DNA from: Clostridia bacterium
Lineage (GTDB): Bacteria; Bacillota; Clostridia; TANB77; CAG-508
Length of the DNA: 51,702 nt
Assembly: GCA_051891195.1 (NCBI GenBank)
Contig: JBJFEZ010000020.1
Span: 1-51,702, forward strand
Reading direction: 5' to 3'
Notes under the pieces: model-generated
Database searches by the model: none
What the model saw: the letters and a program-made list of their open reading frames with translations, nothing else
What the model was told of the DNA's origin: nothing
Made by a program: the position numbers and the translations under genes
Part shown: in pieces, positions 30,682 to 39,927 of the stretch
How the letters are laid out: every line of letters begins with the position of its first letter
How positions within the stretch are numbered: the stretch's first letter is position 1

Positions 30682-32181
30682 ATGAAAAATCTTAAAACCC
30701 TTGTGGCTCTAAGAGAGAAAAAAAGAGATAGCCACAATCTAAAAAATAAAGAAAGACTCAAATCTCAAACTCTAGAAATAAGGGAAAGTAAGGGTATAAC
30801 CCTAATAGCGCTCGTTGTGACCATAGTGGTGCTACTAATTTTAGCAGGAATAACCATAACAGCCCTATTTGGAGAAAATGGATTAATAGAAAGAGCAAAA
30901 ATAGCAGACCAAAAAACAAAAGAAGGTGCACAAAACGACATATCAGCAATAGAAGATTTAGGGTCACAACTAAATTCAATAGTAAATGGACCAACAATAG
31001 AAAGTTTAACGAAAAAAGCAGCAACCAAAAATGAAATAGTATATGATAAATACGTAAATAAAATAACAGTACCAAAGGGGTTTAAAATAGTAACACCAGC
31101 AGAAGACAGTACAGTAGTATATGCATATGATAAAGAAAGTGGAGTATCAACAAATACACCAGTAGTACAAGATGGAATAGTAATTCAAGATAGTGCAGGA
31201 AATCAATTTGTATGGATACCAGTAGGAGAAATAAAAAATGATGCAGTTGAGAACACAACAAATAAAACAACAATAACATTAGGAAGATATACTTTTGATG
31301 TAGGAAGTTATGATAGTACTACTAAAACATTTAATGGAACAGGACAAGAAACATTAAAGCAAGCAGCATATACAGATGCAAATGCAACAAATTACACAAA
31401 CAAAGTAACAATTGAGAACTATTTTCAAGAGGATAGTACACCAAGAGATGGAATTGCATCATATGGATTGGATGGAAAAAATGCAACAGCAAAAGATTTA
31501 GCAAGCTTTGTAAATAGTGTAAAAACAAAAGGAGGATATTACATAGCAAGATATGAAGCAAGCTATGGAAGTGGGTATAATAGTGATGGAGCAACAGATG
31601 ACTTAAAATATGCAAATGCCAAACCATTATCAAAGCCATCAACAGCAAATAGTGAAGACAGTATGGATTATACACCAGGAACTTTATGGAATTATATAAC
31701 ACAGCTAAATGCAGCAAAAGTAGCAAGAAATATGTATGCAGGAAATAAAGATATAAATAATAATGAAGTTGGGGTAGAAAGTGACTTAATAAATAGTTAT
31801 GCTTGGGATACAGCAATAGTATTTATACAAAAATACTCTAACAATACAGCATATTCAAAACAAAAATCAAAAAATACAGATAATTTAGCAAACACAGGGG
31901 AAAGAACTGGAACAACAGATAAAGTATGTAATATATACGATATGGCAAGTAATACTTATGAATGGACAACAGAATATTCCACTTACACGTATTATAGCAG
32001 TAATGGTTATCCTTGTGTGCGTAGAGGAGGAAATTACACCTACAGCCGCGTATTCGCAGCTACAAGGTCCTACTTTTCTGCGCCTTATGGCAAGCGGCAG
32101 CTACGTCTCTTTCCGCCTCACACTTTACATAAAGTAGCTCTGAGTCCTGTAGGCAATAGACCAGAAGAAGAAATGCAATAG
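30682..32181 (+). CDS. Type IV pilin-like protein with C-terminal FGE-sulfatase/CLec-like domain; probable remote DGR target with frameshifted C-terminus
   Basis: Class III signal KG|ITLIALVVTIVVLLILAGITI, GNQFVWIPV, NIYDMASNTYEW and RGGNY. The expected ending SFRLTLYIK* (stop 32135-32137) sits in the +1 frame. Confidence 0.85.
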   Translation: MKNLKTLVALREKKRDSHNLKNKERLKSQTLEIRESKGITLIALVVTIVVLLILAGITITALFGENGLIERAKIADQKTKEGAQNDISAIEDLGSQLNSIVNGPTIESLTKKAATKNEIVYDKYVNKITVPKGFKIVTPAEDSTVVYAYDKESGVSTNTPVVQDGIVIQDSAGNQFVWIPVGEIKNDAVENTTNKTTITLGRYTFDVGSYDSTTKTFNGTGQETLKQAAYTDANATNYTNKVTIENYFQEDSTPRDGIASYGLDGKNATAKDLASFVNSVKTKGGYYIARYEASYGSGYNSDGATDDLKYANAKPLSKPSTANSEDSMDYTPGTLWNYITQLNAAKVARNMYAGNKDINNNEVGVESDLINSYAWDTAIVFIQKYSNNTAYSKQKSKNTDNLANTGERTGTTDKVCNIYDMASNTYEWTTEYSTYTYYSSNGYPCVRRGGNYTYSRVFAATRSYFSAPYGKRQLRLFPPHTLHKVALSPVGNRPEEEMQ

Positions 32182-32188
32182 AAAGTTA

Positions 32189-32220
32189 TGCTAAATTGGT
32201 TTAAAGAGGCTAATTTAGCA
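32189..32220 (+). other. Stem-loop downstream of pilin-like gene
   Basis: TGCTAAATTGGTTT-AAAG-AGGCTAATTTAGCA: 14 bp with 3 G-U pairs and no T tail. Confidence 0.55.
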
Positions 32221-32464
32221 AATCGAAGATACTGAACCCAAAATATTAGACAAAAAAGTTTAATAAGGAGGGTTCTTTTCTATGGAAAAATTAGATATAA
32301 TTAAATTCTATTTGTTTTATTTCAAATAGAATTTACTTTGTTAATTTACACGGCAAAAATATTCTGCTTTTTCCAAAAAAAACTATTGCAAATAATGTGA
32401 TTTATTGGTATGATTAAGTAGTATAAGAAATGGACTAATAAATTTGAATACAAGGAGCCATAAA

Positions 32465-33151
32465 ATGATTGAATTTAGAAATGTAAGTAAGACTTATAAC
32501 ACTGGAACAGAGGCTGTACATAATGCTAATTTTACAATAGAAAAAGGTGACTTTACCTTTTTAGTAGGAAGCTCTGGCTCAGGAAAATCTACTTTAATAA
32601 AACTAATATTAAAAGAAGAAGAACCAACAAAAGGAAACATTATTATAAATGGAAAAGATACTACCTTTTTAAAACCAAAAAGAATACCATTTTTAAGAAG
32701 AAGTATGGGAGTGGTTTTTCAAGACTTTAGACTATTACCAGACAGAACTGTTTATGACAATGTTGCTTATGCTATGTACATTGTAAGAGCTACGCCTAGA
32801 CATATAAGAAGACAAGTACCTATGGTATTATCTTTAGTAGGACTAGGAAATAAAGCTAAAATGTATCCAAATGAACTATCTGGTGGTGAACAACAAAGAG
32901 TAGCATTAGCAAGAGCACTAGTAAACAATCCTTCTATGTTAATTGCGGACGAGCCTACAGGTAACTTAGACCCTGAAACAGCTTGGGATATTATGATGTT
33001 ATTAGAAGACATTAATAGAAGAGGAACAACCGTTGTAGTAGCAACACACGCAAGAGATATTGTAGATAGAATGAAAAAAAGAGTTATACAAATTGAGGAA
33101 GGCAATATTGTAAGAGATGATAGAAGGAGTGGATATAGCGGTGAGATATAG
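32465..33151 (+). CDS. ftsE: Cell division ATP-binding protein FtsE
   Basis: GSSGSGKST, VFQDFRLL, LSGGEQQR, ADEPTGNLD. ATG 32465 follows AAGGAG. Confidence 0.96.
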   Translation: MIEFRNVSKTYNTGTEAVHNANFTIEKGDFTFLVGSSGSGKSTLIKLILKEEEPTKGNIIINGKDTTFLKPKRIPFLRRSMGVVFQDFRLLPDRTVYDNVAYAMYIVRATPRHIRRQVPMVLSLVGLGNKAKMYPNELSGGEQQRVALARALVNNPSMLIADEPTGNLDPETAWDIMMLLEDINRRGTTVVVATHARDIVDRMKKRVIQIEEGNIVRDDRRSGYSGEI

Positions 33152-34043
33152 TATATTTGGTTATTTAATAGGAGAAGGTTTTAGAAACGTATTTAAAAAC
33201 AAAAAATCTACAATAGCATCATTAATTATAATGTGTGCCACAATGTTTGTATTTGGAATTTTCTTTGCAGCAGTTCAAAATATAAATCATATTACACAAA
33301 CTATTGAAGAACAACAAGGAATGGAAGTATTTATTTATGATGAAGCAACAGAAGAACAAAAAACAGAATTAAGAAATAAAATTAGAAGTATAGAGTATGT
33401 AAATACTATTACAGAAAAAACAAAAGAGCAAGCACTAGAATCAATGAAAACAATGTTTAAAGATAAAAAATTCTTGTTATCTACATATGATGGAGAAAAT
33501 CATCCTTTTAAAGCTTCATTTGTTGTAACATTAACAGATTTAACAAAAGCTGAAGAAGTACAAAACATAATTGCAACTTCTGAAATAGTATCAAATATTG
33601 AGGTAAGATCAGATACTATAGAAGCTTTAATTAAAATAGCTAATGGAATAAAATTAGTTACAACTGTTATTTTGGTTATTTTAATATTTATTTCAATATT
33701 TATTATAACTAATACTATAAAATTAACAGTACACGCTAGAAGAAAAGAAATATCTATTATGAAATATGTAGGAGCAACAAATGGTTTTATTAGATGGCCA
33801 TTTATGGTAGAAGGTATGATAATTGGACTTATATCAGTTTTGCTTTCATTATTAATATTAGGCGGATGCTACAATATAATAATTGCGCAAATAGAACAAG
33901 CCATAGTAAACATAAAATTAGACATACCATTATTAACCTTCCAAGAACTATTTAAAACTTTATTAATAGTATACTTAGTATTAGGACTTGGAATTGGAGC
34001 TTTAGGTAGTGCAATTTCAATGAAAAAATATTTAGAAGTATAA
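33141..34043 (+). CDS. ftsX: Cell division permease FtsX
   Basis: NTIKLTVHARRKEISIMKYVGAT..FIRWPF..EG; GTG start overlapping ftsE. Confidence 0.95.
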   Translation: MRYSIFGYLIGEGFRNVFKNKKSTIASLIIMCATMFVFGIFFAAVQNINHITQTIEEQQGMEVFIYDEATEEQKTELRNKIRSIEYVNTITEKTKEQALESMKTMFKDKKFLLSTYDGENHPFKASFVVTLTDLTKAEEVQNIIATSEIVSNIEVRSDTIEALIKIANGIKLVTTVILVILIFISIFIITNTIKLTVHARRKEISIMKYVGATNGFIRWPFMVEGMIIGLISVLLSLLILGGCYNIIIAQIEQAIVNIKLDIPLLTFQELFKTLLIVYLVLGLGIGALGSAISMKKYLEV

Positions 34044-34055
34044 GGAGAAATAAAA

Positions 34056-35198
34056 ATGAAACGAAAAATTATATGTGTTTTCTTGATATTAGCTTTACTA
34101 CAAACTATAACATTAAATGTTTTCGCAGTTAGTCAATCAGATTTAAATGAAGCCAAAGACAAACTAAATGCGGCTAAAGACAGCAAAAAAGAGCTTACTG
34201 CTGAAAAAGATACAATACTTAATGAAATTGCTGAATTAGAAGACACTATTGATGAATATCAAGCTGAAATAGATGCATTAAACAAAAAAATTTCTAATAC
34301 AGAGTCAAATATAGAGAAGAAAAATGAAGAAATTGAAAAATTACAAGAAGAATTTGAGAAAAAGAAGAAATTATTAGAAGACAGATTAGTAGCAATATAT
34401 GAAGAAGGAAGAATAACCTTTTTAGACGTTTTACTAGCTTCTGAAAATATTTGGGACTATATTTCTATGAGTTCAAAAGTTCAACAATTAACAGAATTTG
34501 ACAATGAACAAATGGATATAGTAGAAAAACAAAAAGAAGAAGTGGAAAAAGCTAAAAAAGAATTAGAAGATCAAAAAACAGAATTAGCAAATCAAAAGAA
34601 TGAACTAAAAGAAAAACAAACCAAAATAAAAGTTGCAAAAGTTAATAAAGAAGCAAAAGTTTCTAGTCTAACAGCAGAACAAAAAAAATTACAAGAAGAA
34701 ATTGACAAATATAACAAAGAGGTTGAAAGAATAGAAGAAGAAATTGCAAAAGCAGCTCAAGATTCAGATGGAAAATATGGAGGTAATTTCAGTGGTGTTT
34801 TAAGTTGGCCATTACCTTCTAATTGTACATATATTTCATCATATTTTGGTTATAGAGACCAACCAGTACCAGGAGCAAGTACATACCACAGAGCAATAGA
34901 TATAGGAGTATCAATAGGAACACCAGTATATTCTGCAGGCAATGGATATGTTATGACAAAAGGCTATTCTAGTGTTAGAGGATATTATGTAATGGTAAAA
35001 CACGCTGACAACTTATATACATTCTATCAACACTTAAGTAGTATATTGGTATCACAAGGACAAAGTGTAAAAAGAGGTCAACAAATAGCAAAGAGTGGAA
35101 ATACAGGAATTGGTTCTGGACCACACTTGCATTTTGAAGTTCGTACAAGCCCATATTATGGAAGTGAAGTTAATCCATTAAATTATGTACACTGGTAA
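34056..35198 (+). CDS. Coiled-coil plus M23 peptidase (EnvC-like), paralog 1
   Basis: Signal peptide, long coiled coil, HRAID, PHLHFEV. Confidence 0.9.
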   Translation: MKRKIICVFLILALLQTITLNVFAVSQSDLNEAKDKLNAAKDSKKELTAEKDTILNEIAELEDTIDEYQAEIDALNKKISNTESNIEKKNEEIEKLQEEFEKKKKLLEDRLVAIYEEGRITFLDVLLASENIWDYISMSSKVQQLTEFDNEQMDIVEKQKEEVEKAKKELEDQKTELANQKNELKEKQTKIKVAKVNKEAKVSSLTAEQKKLQEEIDKYNKEVERIEEEIAKAAQDSDGKYGGNFSGVLSWPLPSNCTYISSYFGYRDQPVPGASTYHRAIDIGVSIGTPVYSAGNGYVMTKGYSSVRGYYVMVKHADNLYTFYQHLSSILVSQGQSVKRGQQIAKSGNTGIGSGPHLHFEVRTSPYYGSEVNPLNYVHW

Positions 35199-35227
35199 AA
35201 TTTAAAAAGAAAGGAGAATGCTAAAAA

Positions 35228-36439
35228 ATGAAAAAAAATAAAATTATAAGTGTTCTCCTTATTATGGTGTTTATACTTAATTTATCAATAGTTTCGTTTG
35301 CAAATGATGTAAATAATATAAATAGTCAAACTAATACAGACAAAATAAATATTGAAACAAATAATATAGAAGAACTAACCAACCAAAAAAATCAAATAGA
35401 AGAAAAAATAGACAAAACAAATGTTGAACTTGAATATGTACAAACTGAAATGTCTGCTACTCTTGTAAAAATACAAGAATTAGATGATAAAATTAGAAAA
35501 TATGAAAACGAAAATGCAGAATTTGAAAAAAAGATAAATGAATTAGAAGAATCAATAAAACAAACTACAGAACAACTAAACGTAGTTATAGAAGACTATA
35601 ATAAAAAAGACAACCAATTAAGAGAAAGGTTAGCCGCACTATATGAAGCAGGACCTATATCTTATTTAGATGTTTTATTATCTGCAAAAAGCTTATCTGA
35701 ATTTTTATCAATATATTATAAAATGGTAGAAATTGCAGAATATGATAATAAATTAATAGATATAGTTTTAGAAGAAAAAAATGCTATAATACAAGCAAAA
35801 CAAAAATTAGAAAATGAATCGGAAGAATTCAAAAATTTAAAAGTTAAAGCAGAGCAAAATACAATAGTTTGTAAAAATACTAAAACTTTACAAGAAGGAT
35901 ATGTAAAACAATTATCTGATAATGAAAAACAATTAAATGAAAAAATTGCTAAATACAAAAATGAAACTGAGCAAATAGAAGCAAAGATTAGAGAAATAAG
36001 CATAGTAAATGGGGAATTTAGCATACAAAACACAGGCGGAATAATGATTTGGCCCGTAGCAATGCAAGGAACAGCAATAACGTCTTATTATGGAACAAGA
36101 GAGCATCCTATTGCTGGAGTTGTAAGATTTCACCAAGGGATAGACATAGGAAACGTTGGATTTGGAGCACCAGTAGTAGCAACTTTAGATGGTGTTGTTA
36201 CATATGCAGGGGAATTAGGCTCTTATGGAGAATGTGTAATAATATATCATGGAGAAGGAGTTACAACACTATACGGACACGGACAAAAAGTATTAACTCA
36301 AATTGGAGCACAAGTAAAACAAGGGGATGCCATAATGCAAACAGGCTCAACAGGAAATTCAACAGGACCTCATTTGCATTTTGAAGTTAGAATTAATGGC
36401 AGTACAATCAATCCACTAAACTACGTAAAAGAGCCATAA
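35228..36439 (+). CDS. Coiled-coil plus M23 peptidase (EnvC-like), paralog 2
   Basis: Signal peptide, coiled coil, HQGID, STGPHLHFEV. Confidence 0.9.
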   Translation: MKKNKIISVLLIMVFILNLSIVSFANDVNNINSQTNTDKINIETNNIEELTNQKNQIEEKIDKTNVELEYVQTEMSATLVKIQELDDKIRKYENENAEFEKKINELEESIKQTTEQLNVVIEDYNKKDNQLRERLAALYEAGPISYLDVLLSAKSLSEFLSIYYKMVEIAEYDNKLIDIVLEEKNAIIQAKQKLENESEEFKNLKVKAEQNTIVCKNTKTLQEGYVKQLSDNEKQLNEKIAKYKNETEQIEAKIREISIVNGEFSIQNTGGIMIWPVAMQGTAITSYYGTREHPIAGVVRFHQGIDIGNVGFGAPVVATLDGVVTYAGELGSYGECVIIYHGEGVTTLYGHGQKVLTQIGAQVKQGDAIMQTGSTGNSTGPHLHFEVRINGSTINPLNYVKEP

Positions 36440-36508
36440 ATAAACATATTTATATTTTGCTAAAATATAATATATAATATACAAAAAAGAAAAGAGGAAA
36501 TTAATAAA

Positions 36509-37726
36509 ATGGAAAACAACAATGGACAAAGAATTTATAAGCTAATTATGCTTATTTTAATAGTTATAATAATAACATCTTTAGTAACAGCATTTGCTAC
36601 CTATCAGTACTTAGACAAAAATAACAATCTAAGTACAATAAAAGCTAATACGGGTTCACTAGAAGGACTAGAATATACTTTAGCCAACTTTAGAAGTGAA
36701 TTAGAAAAAAAGTATATTGGAGAAATTAATGATGAAGAATTAATAGAAGGAGCAATTAAAGGGTATGTAGATGCATTAGGAGACCCATATACAACATATT
36801 ATACAAAAAAAGAAATGAAAGAGATTATGGATGAAACAAATGGCAATTATGTTGGAATTGGAATATACATGACAATGGATACTGAAAAAAATGCCATTTT
36901 AATAATAAAACCAATAGAAAATTCACCTGCAGAAAAAGTTGGGTTACAAACAGGAGATATAATAACAAAGGTAGATGATGTAGAATATACAGGAACGCAA
37001 TTAGAAGAAGCCTCTAATAAAATTAGAGGAGAAGAGGGCACAGAGGTAAAATTAGAAATATATAGAGATGGAGAATTAAAAACATTTAATGTAAAAAGAG
37101 AAAAAGTATTAATTAGCCATATTACAGCTAAAGTACTATCAAATGATATTGGGTATATTGCAATTTCTGACTTTGAAGGTGGATGTGCTGAAGAATTTGA
37201 AAGAAAATATAAAGAATTAGAAAATAAAGGAATAAAAAAACTAATTATAGATATTAGAAATAATGGCGGTGGAATAGTAGATGAAAGCTTAGATATTGCA
37301 GATATGATTGTTGAAAAAGAAGCAACTTTATTAATAACCAAAGATAAAAATGAAAAAGAAGAAATAACTAAAGCACAAAGAGCTCCTATTATAAATATGC
37401 CAATAGTAGTGCTTACAAATGAATATTCAGCAAGTGCTTCTGAAATATTAGCAGCAGCTTTAAGTGAAAATAATAAGGCCACTTTAGTAGGAACTAAAAC
37501 ATATGGAAAAGGAATAATACAAGAATTACATCAGCTATCAGATGGTAGTGGATTAAAAATAACAACAAATGAATATTTTACTCCAAAATACAATGCAATT
37601 CATAAAATAGGAATATATCCAGATATAGAAGTTAAATTATCAGAAGAAGCCAAAAATCAACCAATATTAGAAGAAAAAGACGATAATCAAATTCAAAAAG
37701 CTATAGAAATATTAAATCAAAATTAA
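36509..37726 (+). CDS. S41 C-terminal processing protease (CtpA/CtpB family)
   Basis: LGDPYT, PDZ GIGI, DIRNNGGG, SASASE, TYGKG. Confidence 0.95.
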   Translation: MENNNGQRIYKLIMLILIVIIITSLVTAFATYQYLDKNNNLSTIKANTGSLEGLEYTLANFRSELEKKYIGEINDEELIEGAIKGYVDALGDPYTTYYTKKEMKEIMDETNGNYVGIGIYMTMDTEKNAILIIKPIENSPAEKVGLQTGDIITKVDDVEYTGTQLEEASNKIRGEEGTEVKLEIYRDGELKTFNVKREKVLISHITAKVLSNDIGYIAISDFEGGCAEEFERKYKELENKGIKKLIIDIRNNGGGIVDESLDIADMIVEKEATLLITKDKNEKEEITKAQRAPIINMPIVVLTNEYSASASEILAAALSENNKATLVGTKTYGKGIIQELHQLSDGSGLKITTNEYFTPKYNAIHKIGIYPDIEVKLSEEAKNQPILEEKDDNQIQKAIEILNQN

Positions 37727-37847
37727 GAAAGTTAGTTGCTCGGAAGTAAAGCTTCCGAGCAAATTGATTAACTCTTTCTAACTTGTCATTCTTCAAACCA
37801 CTTGTAAGCTCTAAACTAACATATTTATAGACTTATATACTAGTAGG
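37724..37847. repeat. Palindromic dispersed repeat, copy 3 (left-truncated, different inner hairpin)
   Basis: 37769-37847 matches the right half of copy 2. 37812-37847 is the reverse complement of copy 2's left arm (26046-26081) with one mismatch. Confidence 0.85.
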
Positions 37848-37899
37848 TGTGAATTGTAGCAATCTTTAGAAAAAAATTTATATTTTTTTCTAAATTGTA

Positions 37900-37928
37900 T
37901 TGACAATTATAATTAAATTTAGTATACT
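37900..37928 (+). promoter_or_regulatory. Sigma-A promoter of tRNA operon
   Basis: TTGACA, 17-nt spacer, TATACT. Confidence 0.85.
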
Positions 37929-37946
37929 AAATGAGTCAGCAGAAAT

Positions 37947-38022
37947 GGGCGCATAGCTCAGCTGGGAGAGCATCTGCCTTACAAGCAGGAGGTCATAGGT
38001 TCGATCCCTATTGCGCCCACCA
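37947..38022 (+). tRNA. tRNA-Val(TAC)
   Basis: Cloverleaf with acceptor GGGCGCA/TGCGCCC, anticodon loop CTTACAA, TTCGA and encoded CCA. Confidence 0.98.
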
Positions 38023-38079
38023 TTTCAAAAAATGTTTAGTCATGCTAAATATTTTTTTGTTTACACACATATTTATTAT

Positions 38080-38156
38080 GGCCTGGTAGTTCAGTTGGTT
38101 AGAACGCTAGCCTGTCACGCTAGAGGTCGACGGTTCGAGCCCGTTCCAGGTCGCCA
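38080..38156 (+). tRNA. tRNA-Asp(GTC)
   Basis: Acceptor GGCCTGG/CCAGGTC, anticodon loop CTGTCAC, encoded CCA. Confidence 0.98.
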
Positions 38157-38164
38157 TTATTTAA

Positions 38165-38240
38165 GCCTTGATAGCTCAGTTGGTAGAGCAAGGGACTGAA
38201 AATCCCTGTGTCAGTGGTTCAATTCCACTTCAAGGCACCA
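38165..38240 (+). tRNA. tRNA-Phe(GAA)
   Basis: Acceptor GCCTTGA/TCAAGGC, anticodon loop CTGAAAA, encoded CCA. Confidence 0.98.
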
Positions 38241-38246
38241 AGTTAT

Positions 38247-38283
38247 AACAACTTGCAAACTATAAAGTTTGTGAGTTGTTTTT
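38247..38283 (+). terminator. Terminator after tRNA operon
   Basis: AACAACTTGCAAACT-ATAA-AGTTTGTGAGTTGTT-TTT. Confidence 0.8.
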
Positions 38284-38441
38284 GTATATAAATAATATAA
38301 AAAAATATTGAATGTTTTCTAATAGAATTTTACTTTCAATTAGCTAGTAATAAGCAGGCAACTTTAAAAAGGTATAAATTTATAAGAAAATGCTAAAATT
38401 TGCTTATTTCTAAGGCTTATGCTATAATTAATATATAGGAA

Positions 38442-39155
38442 GTGATATTAATGAATAAAAAAGAAGTAAAAAATATTTTAATATCAATGAGAACATTAGA
38501 CAATGAAGCAGTAGTAAATTATTTATTAGGCGAAATAGATATGAGAGATGAGGCTGTCATTGAACAAATTACAGCAAATATGGGGAATAGTGAAGAAAAT
38601 GTAAGAGACTTTTTGGCAAAAAAAATTGAACGAAGACATTCTGAACAAAATAATGAAAAGTATCCAATTAATGACCTTTTTACATATGGAATATCAGGAA
38701 ATTGTATACACTTACATTTGCCAATAGATTTGCATGAATCAATAGCTAAAAATGGAAGGAATAAAACAATGGATTTAGTAAATTTACAATTACTAGATGC
38801 TATTGATAAAATAAAAGCCTTAAAAGATAGTGATTTTTATAGATTTAAAGATAAAGATAGTTTGTATATGATATCTCCTGCATTGATTAAAAAAGAAATG
38901 ATATTTTTAGAAGAACTAGATTTTACGACACATTTATATAGTAAGAAAAAATTAAGTGATGAGAAGTTTGTACAAGAAACTCCAGAAGCACAACTTGCTG
39001 TTCATATTTTTGGAAAGGACAAAAATGTTGGTACGGCATCAATAGGATTTGATGTAATAGACTCAAAAGAATGGCAAGAAAAACGAAAAAATATAATACA
39101 AAGATTTAGAAAACATGGAATTTCATTAGAAGATAGTATGGAAAAAATAAAATAA
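38442..39155 (+). CDS. Hypothetical protein
   Basis: 237-aa ORF with its own terminator (39198-39234); no motif recognised. Start may be ATG 38451. Confidence 0.75.
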   Translation: MILMNKKEVKNILISMRTLDNEAVVNYLLGEIDMRDEAVIEQITANMGNSEENVRDFLAKKIERRHSEQNNEKYPINDLFTYGISGNCIHLHLPIDLHESIAKNGRNKTMDLVNLQLLDAIDKIKALKDSDFYRFKDKDSLYMISPALIKKEMIFLEELDFTTHLYSKKKLSDEKFVQETPEAQLAVHIFGKDKNVGTASIGFDVIDSKEWQEKRKNIIQRFRKHGISLEDSMEKIK

Positions 39156-39429
39156 AGTATGAAATTTACCCAAATTAAAGAACTAGTAATGAAACACAAT
39201 AAAAATCTCTTGAATTGCTCAGGAGATTTTTATTGTGAAAAAATATAAATATGCTATTCTCTAAAATTCCAACTTTTTCCATAAAAAATACTTTTACTAT
39301 TGCCAAAAAATGTAAGCGATGTTATAATTTAAAACAAGGTTCTTTTTATAAATGCCTTTCGAATATTTCGGAGGGCAATATCCTCCAAATATTCAATTTA
39401 TAATTAAATTAATTTTTGGAGGGAGGACT

Positions 39430-39876
39430 ATGGATAAATTATTAAATGCTATAGCAAGCGGCTTAAATATTCGGGCAGTTGTATGCAAACAGTCTGAAGA
39501 AGCACTACAAAATAACTTAATTATTACAACTCGTATGTTTGTTTACAAAGATGTAACTTATAATGTAAGAAGAATCTTCAAAAGGGAGCTAAAAAAGCAT
39601 TTATTGAGCAAACTTAGCAAAATTGAAGTTGGAGAATATGTGGATTATAGCTTTAGTTATGGAAAAGTAAAACATTTAGGTACTATTATTAAAGAAGCAA
39701 ACGATAATATGGCAGAAGTACTACTTAAGCTTCCAAAATTAAAAGAGGGAGAAAACTATGAGTTTCCACCTAATACATATATTAGCTTTAAGCTAATTGA
39801 TAGATATGAAACTGGTGGAACAGTAGAAATCAACATTATAAGTCCTTGGATTATGGAGAGATATGGCAAACAGTAA
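39430..39876 (+). CDS. Hypothetical protein
   Basis: GGAGGGAGG precedes ATG 39430; ends at the hairpin ATATCCCATTCTGT-TTTT-ACAGAATGGGATAT. Confidence 0.65.
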   Translation: MDKLLNAIASGLNIRAVVCKQSEEALQNNLIITTRMFVYKDVTYNVRRIFKRELKKHLLSKLSKIEVGEYVDYSFSYGKVKHLGTIIKEANDNMAEVLLKLPKLKEGENYEFPPNTYISFKLIDRYETGGTVEINIISPWIMERYGKQ

Positions 39877-39927
39877 TATCCATAATATATCCCATTCTGT
39901 TTTACAGAATGGGATATACTATAATAT

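Noticed and set aside
31970-32137. Pilin gene 3' end as a second target of the TR at 1193-1352
   Set aside because: No alignment at non-adenine positions, and the motif framework differs (RGG..SFR versus LASR..AVRP).
38011-38199. 62-aa ORF across the tRNA cluster
   Set aside because: Overlaps three well-formed tRNA genes.
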